Below are positions 24,608 to 35,316 of a DNA stretch of 64,000 bases, in pieces. The stretch lies in NCBI GenBank assembly GCA_002269645.1, contig NIVC01000927.1, positions 1 to 64,000 of the forward strand. Direction: 5' to 3'. The position numbers and the translations under genes are program-made. Every line of letters begins with the position of its first letter. Within the stretch, counting starts at the first letter, position 1. Source of the stretch: Macrostomum lignano. Its lineage: Eukaryota. Under the pieces are notes generated by a model that made no database searches, was not told the DNA's origin, and worked only from the letters and a program-made list of their open reading frames with translations.

Positions 24608-27051
24608 ATGACTATCAACGAGGTCGAAATCAACCAGCAGCAGGAGGTGGAGACTTTTGCTTTTCAGGCTGAGATCGCTCAGCTGATGAGCTTAATTATT
24701 AACACCTTCTACTCGAACAAGGAGATCTTCCTCCGCGAGTTGATCTCGAATGCCAGCGACGCCTTGGACAAAATTCGGTACAGAAGCCTGACGGATCAGT
24801 CCGTGCTGGACACCGGCCGAGAGCTGTACATCAAGGTGATCCCCAACAAGGCTAACAACACCCTGACCATCGTTGACACCGGAGTCGGCATGACTAAAGC
24901 TGATCTAGTTAACAATCTGGGCACCATCGCCAGATCTGGCACCAAGGCGTTCATGGAGGCGCTGCAGGCGGGCGCTGACATCAGCATGATCGGCCAGTTC
25001 GGCGTTGGCTTCTACTCGGCCTACCTGGTGGCCGACAAGGTCGAGGTCTACTCCAAGCACAACGACGACGAGCAGTACGCCTGGGAGTCCTCCGCCGGCG
25101 GCAGCTTCACCGTCCGGCCCGACACTGGCGAACCCATTGGTCGCGGCACCAAGATTGTCCTGCACATGAAGGAGGACCAGACCGAGTACCTGGAGGAGCG
25201 CAAGATCAAGGAGATCATCAAGAAGCACTCCCAGTTTATCGGCTATCCTATCAAGCTGGTGCTCGAGAAGGAGCGCGATAAGGAGGTAAGTTGATCAGTC
25301 AAGAGACAATTAATTAGTGTGTCGGCATCCTGTTAATCGTTCAATGATCTCACCTGTCGGTAACATTCCTTCATTTCCAGATTGAAGACGATGAAGCCGA
25401 AGTTGAGGAGGACTCAAAGCCTGAGAAGATGGACGAAGACTCCGAGAAGCCGGCCGACGAGAAGTCCGACGAGACCGACAAGCCGAAGATCGAGGACGAC
25501 GAAAGCAGCGACGACGAAGGCAGCGACTCGGAGAAGGACAAGAAGAAGAAAAAGAAGAAGACTGTCAAGGAGAAGTACATCGACGAGGAGGAGCTGAACA
25601 AGACGAAGCCAATCTGGACCCGCAACCACGAGGACATCACCCAGGAGGAGTACGGCGAGTTTTACAAGTCGCTCAGCAACGACTGGGAGGAGCACCTGGC
25701 CGTGAAGCACTTCAGCGTTGAGGGCCAGCTCGAGTTTCGCGCCCTGCTTTTTGTCCCGAAGCGGGCGCCGTTCGACCTGTTCGAGAACCGGAAGAAGCGT
25801 AATAACATCAAGCTGTACGTGCGACGGGTCTTCATCATGGACAACTGCGAGGACCTGATCCCCGAGTACCTCAACTTCATCAAGGGCGTAGTGGACAGCG
25901 AAGACCTGCCGCTCAACATCAGCCGTGAGATGCTGCAGCAGAACAAAATCCTCAAGGTCATTCGAAAGAATCTCGTGAAGAAGTGCCTGGAACTGTTCGA
26001 CGACATCGCCGAGGACAAGGAGAACTTCAAGAAGTTCTACGAGCAGTTTGGCAAGAACCTGAAGCTGGGCATCCACGAGGACAGCACCAACCGCAAGAAG
26101 CTGGCCGACTACCTGCGCTACTACTCTACCAACTCCGGCGACGACTGGACCAGCCTGAAGGAGTACGTCAGCCGCATGAAGGAGAACCAGAAGGACATCT
26201 ACTACATCACCGGCGAGAGCCGGGAGGCCGTCTCTCACTCCGCATTTGTTGAGAGACTGCGAAAGCGCGGCCTGGAGGTGCTGTACATGACTGACCCAAT
26301 CGACGAGTACGCTGTGCAGCAGTTGCGCGAGTACGACGGCAAGAAGCTCGTCTGCGTCACCAAGGAGGGCCTTGAGCTGCCCGAGGACGAGGACGAGAAG
26401 AAAGCGTTCGAAGAAAAGAAGGCCGCCTTCGAGCCGCTGTGCAAGGCTATGAAGGACATCCTGGACAAGAAGGTCGAGAAGGTGGTCGTGTCCAACCGGC
26501 TGGTTGACTCGCCTTGCTGCATCGTCACCTCGCAGTTCGGCTGGTCGGCCAACATGGAGCGGATCATGAAGGCACAGGTAGGTGAACTCGATCTATTTTG
26601 TCAAATTTTAGTCCTTAAAACTACTGCTAGTAGTTTTCAGATAAATCGGTGTTTTAGCAATTAAGATATAACCGTGAATTTTTACCAACAAAACCAATTT
26701 CAGGCTCTGCGCGACAACTCCACAATGGGCTACATGGCGGCTAAGAAGCACCTGGAGATCAACCCTGACCACGCCATCTGCTCCGCTCTCAAGCTGCGCT
26801 TCGAGGCTGACAAGAACGACAAGGCGGTGAAGGATCTGGTGCACCTGCTGTTCGAGACCGCCCTGCTGGCCTCCGGCTTCAGCTTGGACGATCCGCAGAT
26901 CCACGCCGGCCGCATCCATCGCATGGTGAAGCTGGGCCTTGGCATCGAGGACGCCGCCGACGAACCCGAAGCTGTCGATCAGCCGATGCCAGCCACTGCT
27001 GGCGACTCGGCTGCCGCTGACGACGACGCCAAGATGGAGGAGGTTGATTGA
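24608..27051 (+). CDS. HSP90: Cytosolic heat shock protein 90 (Hsp83-type), ~740 aa
   Basis: Exons 24608-25285, 25381-26577, 26704-27051, all phase 0. Signatures [74 protein letters not shown] and C-terminal MEEVD. Confidence 0.98.
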
Positions 27052-27546
27052 ACTGGAGAGATGAGGCATGCAGTCTCTTCTTGACTTAAAAATCTGCGAA
27101 ACTTATAATGACTACTGTTAGTAGCGGTAACGATGTGGAGATATTACTGTAATATTTTATTGTAATTATCATAATCGTCTACTTTATTTTATGTACGCGC
27201 TTAAGTATATAAAAATTATAAAACAGTCTCTAAGATTGCGTAACGCGACTCCCTGCGCCCCATTCCTCTTGGCATTTTTACTCTCGCATCAGAGTTTCTC
27301 TTGTTACCGAAGTTTTTGTTAGCCCTACGTTTGGTCGTAAGCGTACCATGTAGCTTTCATGATGATGCTGTGTTGCACTTGATTATTGAATTTTAAAAAT
27401 CAAAATAGCATATTTAAAACAGTGATAATAAACTCTACGGCACTTTGTGTTTTAAAATCGCAGTTTTCTACCCTAAGAACCGATTTCGAAACATGGTAAT
27501 TCCGTTTTTCGCAATCGTCAGTTAGCGCCTACTCATAGTAGTTTTC

Positions 27547-27710
27547 GGGGGTGTAGCTTAGTGTTTAGTGTCGGACTCACGACTGAAAGGTTGGGGGTTC
27601 GATTCTCGACCCAATCTTGGACTGAACAGCCGTACGCAGCCTTCAGATGCGCCGCGCAATAGCTGGTTGCACATCCGGCCCAATTGGGCAGGTGTAATCA
27701 ATTAATTAAA
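27547..27710 (+). mobile_element. Same SINE family, internally deleted copy (tRNA head joined directly to 3' part)
   Basis: A-box-like TAGCTTAGTG and B box GGTTCGATTC, then immediately CTTGGACTGAACAGCCGTACGCAGCCTTCAGATGCGCCGC, identical to the 3' part of the 48765 copy; CORE-like part absent. Confidence 0.7.
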
Positions 27711-28238
27711 CTTAAGTAGTATGTCGATCGCTAGTATGTCCTAAAGGGGATAAATGTACACTGTACCAGTAAATAAAAATGAAGATTTCGTGTGAAGTCA
27801 TATTACATCCATATACTAAAAATGAAAATCTTGCTCTCCAGTCCTGCCTCTCCGCTTTCCACCAATCGAAAACTCCCGTCCCAAGTTGCCCTAACGGTTT
27901 GAGTCGGCAATAGTTAAAATTGCATATAATTGCGTCCTCATACTTACAGTAGAGCTATTTGCGCATTCCTTTTGGGTCAAAATAGTTTGATAGTGTATAT
28001 AAATCGTTTAAAATTAAAATTAGATTTTTAGATTTTATAAAATAATTTGCTTTGTCACTTCATTTTAAGATAAGAATTTTTTTAGTATTACCGGTCCGTT
28101 TTTGTACGATATTTACACATTGAACACTATTTATTCAAGTTTAGTGGACAAGATAATAGGTGCTACGAAAACAAGGGCTTCTGACTAGTGTACGGCTCAG
28201 TTATTTAACAAAAATTGGTTTCCAACACCACATTCCTT

Positions 28239-28428
28239 ATCGCTTCTCGGCCTTATTGGCTAAGATCAAAGTGTAGTTTCTGTTCTTTAGAGATTAATTC
28301 CTCTAACGTAGGCCATTGGTCTACTAAGTAATTAATCCGGTTTTTGATGAGTCGGGCCAGTGCTTCGTGTTCACACGACCTGGTCCACGCGTAGGCCTTG
28401 CGCTGCAGTACAGCAAGGATCTGCGCAT
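28239..28428 (+). ncRNA. RNU2: U2 spliceosomal snRNA (variant), ~190 nt
   Basis: 5' ATCGCTTCTCGGCCTTATTGGCTAAGATCAAAGTGTAG..TCTGTTCTT. Stem IIa TTAGAG/CTCTAA, IIb GTAGGCC/GGTCTAC, IIc GATTAATT/AATTAATC, Sm-like GGTTTTTGA, stem III GGGCCAG/CTGGTCC, stem IV CCTTGC-GCTGCAGTACA-GCAAGG. Confidence 0.93.
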
Positions 28429-28436
28429 CTTAGAAA

Positions 28437-28854
28437 TCAAAGAGAATTGAAAGTAGCAATTAATCCGCTACATTTTAGCTTAGATGCAGGCGAACTCTCG
28501 CCTTCCAGCAGACGATGCGGAGCCTTGTGGTAGGCGGCCATCTTCTCCACGTTGAGGTAGGGGCTCCCGCTCTTGGCTTGGACAGAAACTTCAAGCTTTA
28601 GTAAACCTTGTACACTTAAGTTAAACTATTAATAACTAAGGCCTTCATCATGCAGCCAATTGATTGTTGCCAGGGTTTGTAACTTGTATCAAATTATTCG
28701 AACTGTCAATGATCGCGATAATCCAACTGCCACTTTTATTGCAAAATTCGTTGTTAAGTTACTCGTAAATAAACAAAAAGGTTTCCCACTGTTCCTCGGA
28801 GAAATCGGGGTCGGTACGCCGTTCGTTAACAGTCGGACGGGACTTCGGGAGGAT
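28437..28854 (-). CDS. Unidentified small protein, two exons, 5'-partial
   Basis: Exons 28854-28763 and 28576-28437 joined by a phase-2 GTAACT..CCAAG intron; read ILPKSRPTVNERRTDPDFSEEQWETFLFIYDQEREPYLNVEKMAAYHKAPHRLLEGESSPASKLKCSGLIATFNSL*. The second exon has the GC3-rich codon usage of the neighbouring real genes. No ATG found. Confidence 0.45.
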
Positions 28855-29175
28855 CTTTGACGAGTTAAAACAAATAGAAATGATTAGTTTCTAGAAAATG
28901 GATAGAAAAAAGCCTTTTCCAGTTCTTGTCTTGTTCTTGCTTGCATGCAACTCCAGTTTTTTGCTGCAAAAATGCAGCAGTAAGATAGGAAGTTTCGGAG
29001 CTTTTAATGGGCTCTCACTAAAATAGGAACAGTGATCATTTGTTCAAAGCTGAAAACTTTCTAATCTTGATATAGTTGCATTTTGCAGCAAAAATTTCAC
29101 AACTGGCGGTTGCAGCGGCCTTCCTAAGAGGCTACTTGACGTCCCCTATTTGGTACACAGCCTCTGCCTCATCTG

Positions 29176-32100
29176 TCAGTCTGTGCCAGCGTCCAGACGC
29201 AGAGCCACCGCCATGGCGTAAGCAGCCAGCAGGGCCACGCAAACGAGAAGGTGCAGGGTCAGCAGGCCGGTCAGCAGGCAGCTCCGTACGCGACTGCGGC
29301 GTTGCTGAAGTCGCCGACAGTTGTCCGTCTCGGTTGCAGCAGCTGGCGATGAAATCAGCGGAATGGCGGCAGCGGCGGAGGCGGCGGCAGTGCCGGCGGG
29401 GGCGCCGTCATGATCGACTCTCCGCTTGTTGGCCGAGCCGTTCGCTCGGCCGGACTCGTCGCTCGGGTGGTCTTCGTTGCCATGGAGACGCCCGCGTCTA
29501 AGCTGGACGGTCCGGGCCAGCTCGGCCGCAAATGTGGCCAATGCGGTGAGGCCGCTGCAGCCGAGCAGCCACAGGCCGAGCAGCGAGTCGGGCGGCGCCC
29601 GGCTGTAAGTCTGCGAACAATCGAATTCAGTTTGAATGGTGCACCGGTAGAATGAGACCATGAGATGGAGCTTGAAGGCTCGTTCACAATGCGTGTAAAG
29701 AGCGTGTAAAAGACACTGTAATAATTGATTCGTATCGGAGATGATCGGAGTGCTACTATCAATCTCACAGAGTCTCGATCAGTGTGGCTACCCCTTCAGA
29801 TATTGAGGCCACCCACAGTTACTACGCCAGCCTCCGAGATCCTCAGTTGTGAGGCCACCGCCACCCTCCCAGATCCTTAGGCTTGTCCACGATGGCTCTA
29901 AAACCCTTCAATCTGCAAATCAGCAATATTAAAGATCGCCTACTGATGAGTAGCGAGAAAGAATGTAAATAGAATCTCATTCATTCATTGAGGTGGCGCG
30001 CAAAAAAAGATTGCGAGTTTGAAAATCGCATTTTTAACGAAAAATTAGCACCTTACAAGAGCTTATAATAGTAATAAAACGCTTTAAGAATTCAATTCTG
30101 CGAACCTGCTGAGCCAGGAGCCACCAGAGCAGGAAGGCGCCAGCAGCGCAGCCGGCGCACATGCCGGACCGGCCGGAGCGCAAGCTGCAAGCCGACAGCG
30201 CCACAAGCAGCGCGCTAGGCGCGTATGCGGCAACCAAGAAGCGCGCCAACTGACGGCGCAATTTTAGCCGAAGCGTCAGACTGGCCATCTCCTCTCGAGC
30301 GTTTCCGTCCAGAAATTGCACGTCTGTCAGAATCAAGTCGCTGACCTGACTGCCGATTGGCCAATTGAAGGAGGCGTTGCCAGGCAGTAACCAGTCGAGC
30401 TTTTGCTGAGACTGGGACGCGGTGCTAACGCTTAATTTTGCGTCGCACTTCAGAGTGTCCAGCGGGAGCAGGTGCAGCTGAGGGATTGGGTTTGGATTTT
30501 TATCTAGCCTTTAAGCTTTACCGATATGTACATTTAGTTATTGTACTTCAAAAGCTAGAGTTCTGGCAGGACAAGGCGCGAGGTCGATGTAAGGAATGAG
30601 GGGTTGGGGAAGGCGTGATGTGGCTGCAAATAATGAGGGGTGGGGAAGGCGTGGGGTGACTGCAAGGAATGAGGTGTTGGGGAAGGCGTGATGTGGCTGC
30701 AAATAATGAGGGGTGGGAGAAGGCGTGGGGTGGCTGCAAGGAATGAGGGTGGGGGAAGGCGTGAGGTGGCTGCAGAAACTGAGGGGTGGGAGAAGGCATG
30801 AAGTGGCTGCAATCCTGCAAATAATGAGGGGTGGGGGAAGGCATAGGGTGGCTGCAAGGAATGAGGGGTTGGGGAAGGCGTGGACGGCTGCAAGGAATGA
30901 AGGGGTGGGGAAGGCGTGAGGTGGCTGCAAATAATGAGGGGTGGGGCAAAGCGTGAGGTGGCTGCAAATAATGAGGGGTGGGGGAAGGCGTGAAATGGCT
31001 GCAAATACTGGGGGGGGGGGGGGGGAAGGCGTGAGGTGACTGCTAAAACTGAGGGATGAGTGGCCTGTGTAGAATTTGCACCTATGAGTTGGTCTTATTT
31101 GTCTTAATAATCGTGGGTTTTAGCAAAAATCACTTCTCTAAGGGGGTAATTATCTAGATAAATAATAGAAAAATAATTAAAATCATGCTACCTGATTCTC
31201 AGCGCATTCCAAGCCCACGTTTAGACGCTGCGTCAGAGTAACCAGACCGTCTGCATCCACAGTTGCCATGACCACCGCGAAGTCCTGCTGGCCTGTCGCG
31301 GTTAAGAACTGAATACTCGGCTTCCATAACTTTTTGAGAAATGTCTGGTACAGCTGAACCCGAGAGACGCGCGTGTTGTTGAATGCCAGCCGGGCGTCGC
31401 GCCAGTAGAGTCGCAGGGTCAGCCGAGCTGTCAGCGAGTCTTGCCGCTGCTGATCGGACCGTCGGGACAGGTGCAGCGGCGATACGTGCGCCTGCACTTG
31501 CAGCGGGGTGGTCGACGGACTGGGGTTCGGGGGCGGGGTAGAGATTAGATGATATGCGACTGTTGCTGAGAATTTGAAACGCGCTGTGAAAGCATGGGGT
31601 GGCTGTGAGACTGGAGGGGAGAGGAAAGGGCAGGGAGTGAGGTGGCTGTGACACTGAGGGGAGAGGAAAGGGCAGGGAGTGAGGTGGCTGTGACACTGAG
31701 GGGAGAGGAAAGGGCAGGGAGTGAAGTGGCTGTGACACTGAGGGGAGAGGAAAGGGCAGGGAGTGAAGTGGCTGTGACACTGAGGGAGAGGAAAGGGCAG
31801 GGAGTGAGGTGGCTGTGACACTGAGGGAGAGGAAAGGGCAGGGAGTGAGGTGGCTGTGACACCGAGGGGAGAGGAAAGGGCAGGGAGTGAGGTGGCTGTG
31901 ACACTGAGGGGAGAGGAAAGGGCAGGGAGTGAGGTGGCTGTGACACCGAGGGGAGAGGAAAGGGCAGGGAGTGAGGTGGCTGTGACACTGAGGGGAGAGG
32001 AAAGGGCAGGGAGTGAGGTGGCTGTGACACTGAGGGGAGAGGAAAGGGCAGGGAGTGAGGTGGCTGTGACACCGAGGGGAGAGGAAAGGGCAGGGAGTGA

Positions 32101-33312
32101 GGTGGCTGTGACACTGAGGGGAGAGGAAAGGGCAGGGAGTGAGGTGGCTGTGAGACTGAGGGGAGAGGAAAGGGCAGGGAGTGAGGTGGCTGTGACACCG
32201 AGGGAGAAGAAAGGGCAGGGAGTGAGGTGGCTGTGACACTGAGGGGAGAGGAAAGGGCAGGGAGTGAGGTGGCTGTGACACTGAGGGGAGAGGAAAGGGC
32301 AGGGAGTGAGGTGGCTGTGACACCGAGGGAGAAGAAAGGGCAGGGAGTGAGGTGGCTGTGAGACTGAGAGGAGAGGAAAGGAAGGAAAGGGTTTCATGAA
32401 GATTATAATATAATCACAGACTAAAGAAGCATGGACAGACAATTCATGATAAAAATATCCCGGTTTTGCGTCAGTCCATTCGAATTGGCTGGCTAGCCGG
32501 CAAATGACTGGAGAACATAATTTAGCTTGCCAGTGCGCCTGGCTAAGGTCGCACAGCCTGCAGAGAGTCGTTGCGTGGGCGGGCCTAGAAGTGCATGCAG
32601 AGGCCTGATTGCCGCCGCCGCCGCCTTGTTTACAGATGGGATGGGAAGAAAAATGAGCGAGAAGTAACAAAATTCGATGTCACGGAAGCGCAGAGAAGCG
32701 AGCCTCAATCTCAGCGAGCCTCATCTCATCCCTCAACTTCGTCGCTGAAGAAAATTAGTCTTCTCTCGAGTTCAGCGAGGCATTAAAAATTGAAAATATC
32801 ATTTGAAGCCACGAGCCTTGCAGGAATCTCCTACAGATTTAAAGTCCTCTAACTACTGGCAATCAGTATTTCACTAGGACTCACGCCAGAAATCCCTGGT
32901 AGTTGCTGTAAACGAACAAGCCATACTGCACCACTGATTCATCGTTGCCGCCCGTAACCTTTTGGATGCTGCTCAGGTAGCTCGAGTCGAAATCCGGATG
33001 GCCCTTGCCGACGCGGCCGCTGCTGCTGCTGCCGCTGCTGCTGCCGCTGTTGTTGCCGCTACTGCTGTTGCCGTTGGCTCCTCTGGTGCGCATTTTCGCC
33101 ATGTAGCGCGAGATCACGCTGTCGGAGGCGCTGCCGCTGCTGTTTCCGACACCGCTGCCGCTGCCATCGTCGGGGTTCCGCATTCGCATCAGCAAATCCA
33201 GCATGGAGCTGCCGCCGCCACTAGGAGGCGGACTCGGTGATTGAGCGTCCGACATCAGAGCAGTGATTAGCAGGAGCAGCAGTGGGGTCAGATTCGGCCG
33301 CAGATGCAACAT
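29176..33312 (-). CDS. Divergent Cys-loop (pentameric) ligand-gated ion channel subunit, ~520 aa
   Basis: Exons 33312-32885, 31519-31192, 30477-30106, 29610-29176, phase-consistent (1563 nt). Signal-peptide-like N-terminus; LRLYWRDARLAF, KLWKPSIQF, DGLVTLTQRL; Cys loop CAENQLHLLPLDTLKC; four hydrophobic segments with TM1 RQLARFLVAAYAPSALLV. Confidence 0.78.
30580..31050. repeat. G-rich ~37-38-bp minisatellite in channel intron 2
   Basis: Unit approx. GAGGGGTGGGGAAGGCGTGAGGTGGCTGCAAATAAT, ~12 imperfect copies, ending near a poly-G run. Confidence 0.85.
31597..32385. repeat. 42-bp minisatellite in channel intron 1
   Basis: Unit GAGTGAGGTGGCTGTGACACTGAGGGGAGAGGAAAGGGCAGG, ~19 copies. Confidence 0.95.
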
Positions 33313-33799
33313 GGCTAAATAATATTTAAGTCGTTGCAGAATCCCAAGCCTTTTAGGACAGCGATAGACACTGCGGACAAGATCAGAGAGACTCCTCTGG
33401 GGTGTTTCCCCCTCCACCCAAGTCTGCGCTGCTCTGTTTCATTAAATCCAAAGTACAGACACTGCCGAGCTCCTCCCATTCGCCTAGCCCTGCTGCCGAC
33501 AAATCCGACCAAGCATCGCGCCTCCGATTGCAGCTGGCCTGTCATTGAGGCGAGGATTAGGAGTGAGCTGGGGAGGGGAGAGGGAGAAAGGGGAGACAGA
33601 GGCTGTTAGCAGGAAAAGCCTCGTATTGCGTTTTTCTCTCTCATCCCGCTGTTTTTCAGTTCTAATTCAGCTGCGGCCCCCGCCTGCCCGCATAAATGCA
33701 ATCAAACCGACATCCCAGACTTCCTGCTTGGGCCAAGGAGACCCAGAGCCAGGAGTCTGGAGTGCCAACTCTTGCCTTAAACCTCCCATAGGCTGACTA

Positions 33800-34260
33800 A
33801 TGCTGTAGCTCATGGAAGTAATCGCTAAAATGCTGTGGCTCATGGGGGAATCGCTAAAATGCTGTGGCTCATGGGGGAATCGCTAAAATGCTTTAGCTCA
33901 TGGGGGAAATCGCTAAAATGCTGAGGCTCATGGGGGAAATCGCTAAAATGCTTTAGCTCATGGGGGAAATCGCTAAAATGCTTTAGCTCATGGGGGAATC
34001 GCTAAAATGCTGTGGCTCATAGGGGAATCGCTAAAATGCTGAGGCTCATGGGGGAAATCGCTAAAATGCTGTGGCTCATGGGGGAAATCGCTAAAATGCT
34101 TTAGCTCATGGGGGAAATCGCTAAAATGCTTTAGCTCATGGGGGAATCGCTAAAATGCTGTGGCTCATAGGGGAATCGCTAAAATGCTGAGGCTCATGGG
34201 GGTAATCGCTAAAATGCTTTAGCTCATGGGGGAAATCGCTAAATTCTGTGGCTCATGGGG
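33800..34260. repeat. 29-30-bp minisatellite (GCTCATGGGGG family)
   Basis: Unit GCTCATGGGGGAATCGCTAAAATGCTGTG, ~15 copies. Confidence 0.92.
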
Positions 34261-34744
34261 TTTGCTTTGAGCCAAAGCTCAAAGCCAAAGGAAAGATCTG
34301 ATATCTTAGGTCAGTCAACTGGCCTTCAGGACTGGGTGCTATTTTGCTTTAAACATTCTCTTTAAGAAATTAACAGTAGTGATGACTGTGCAAGGTCAAA
34401 AAGTACATGTAGTCTATTAACAAATTATCTCTTTCTTTGTCTCCCCAACGGGGTTTTGAATATGAGTACAACCATATTTTAGACATTTTAGAGTATGATA
34501 AAAAAGCAATTAAAAAAAGACCCAGATTCTGTTACTAGGTCTCCTTGACCAGCCGCCCACGCGAAACCAGCGTACTCCGAATAGCCGAGCCAGATGGGAT
34601 GGGATCCTAAAAAATTCCATTCCAAACAAGTTCCCATTTGCCGGGCAGACAGGGTTCCCATAGAAGACAGTCTCGAGAGAATTCTTCTAGTTGTTGATGG
34701 CTGCTGTCATTATATAGATTTAGATGGTATTTACTAGTTCACGC

Positions 34745-35140
34745 GTATCATTTATCCAAGCCAAGGACTAATGCGAGAAAATAGTAGTCCTTGATCCTCT
34801 CTTTAGCTGTTGCCTGTTGCTTGCTTTTCGTCTAGGCCAAGGGCTTTGATAATAATAATAATTATTAGTATTGATAATTAATGACTCCTGGCCCGATTGG
34901 GCCAGATGTGCAATTGACAGCTCAGCCGCAGCTATTATATGGTTGTTCAGTCCAAGGACTGAGGGTCGCCACACACACAGCCTCAATTACCCCAGCTAAT
35001 GCTGGCACCCATTTTACAGCAGTGTGAACTGAAGCAATGCATAGCTTGCTCAAGGACACAAATTGTCCCAGTGGGATTGGGAATCGAACCTCCGACCTTC
35101 AAGTCGCGAGTCCGACGCTCTATCCACTAAGCTACAACCA
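34745..35140 (-). mobile_element. tRNA/CORE-like SINE, near full length
   Basis: A box TAGCTTAGTGG and B box GGTTCGATTCC; central GAGCAAG...CTTCAGTTCACACTGCTGTAAAATGGG; 3' part shared with the other copies. Confidence 0.78.
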
Positions 35141-35316
35141 CCTAGGGCTATTATAACACGTAGGCCTAGCCATAGACTAGCGTTGCCATGTTAATAAGGT
35201 CGACTTCGGGAAAGCTATTAGCGACAGTTGATGTTGACATAAAATCATAACTGGAAGCAAAACTTAAAACTCTAATTAAATACGAGTAATTCTTATATTC
35301 AATACAGTCTGCGTTC

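Noticed and set aside
25414-26238. 274-aa antisense ORF to HSP90 and similar antisense ORFs over PSMD1 and annexin
   Set aside because: Shadow ORFs caused by GC3-biased codon usage on the coding strand.
27547-27620. tRNA gene
   Set aside because: No proper acceptor or anticodon stems; it continues into SINE body sequence found in other copies.
34540-34700. Possible snRNA, SL RNA or HDV-like ribozyme (minus strand has an Sm-like AATTTTTTAG and GC-rich stems)
   Set aside because: No match to the U1, U4, U5, U11, U12 or SL 5' ends I know, and no complete ribozyme fold; more likely promoter DNA.
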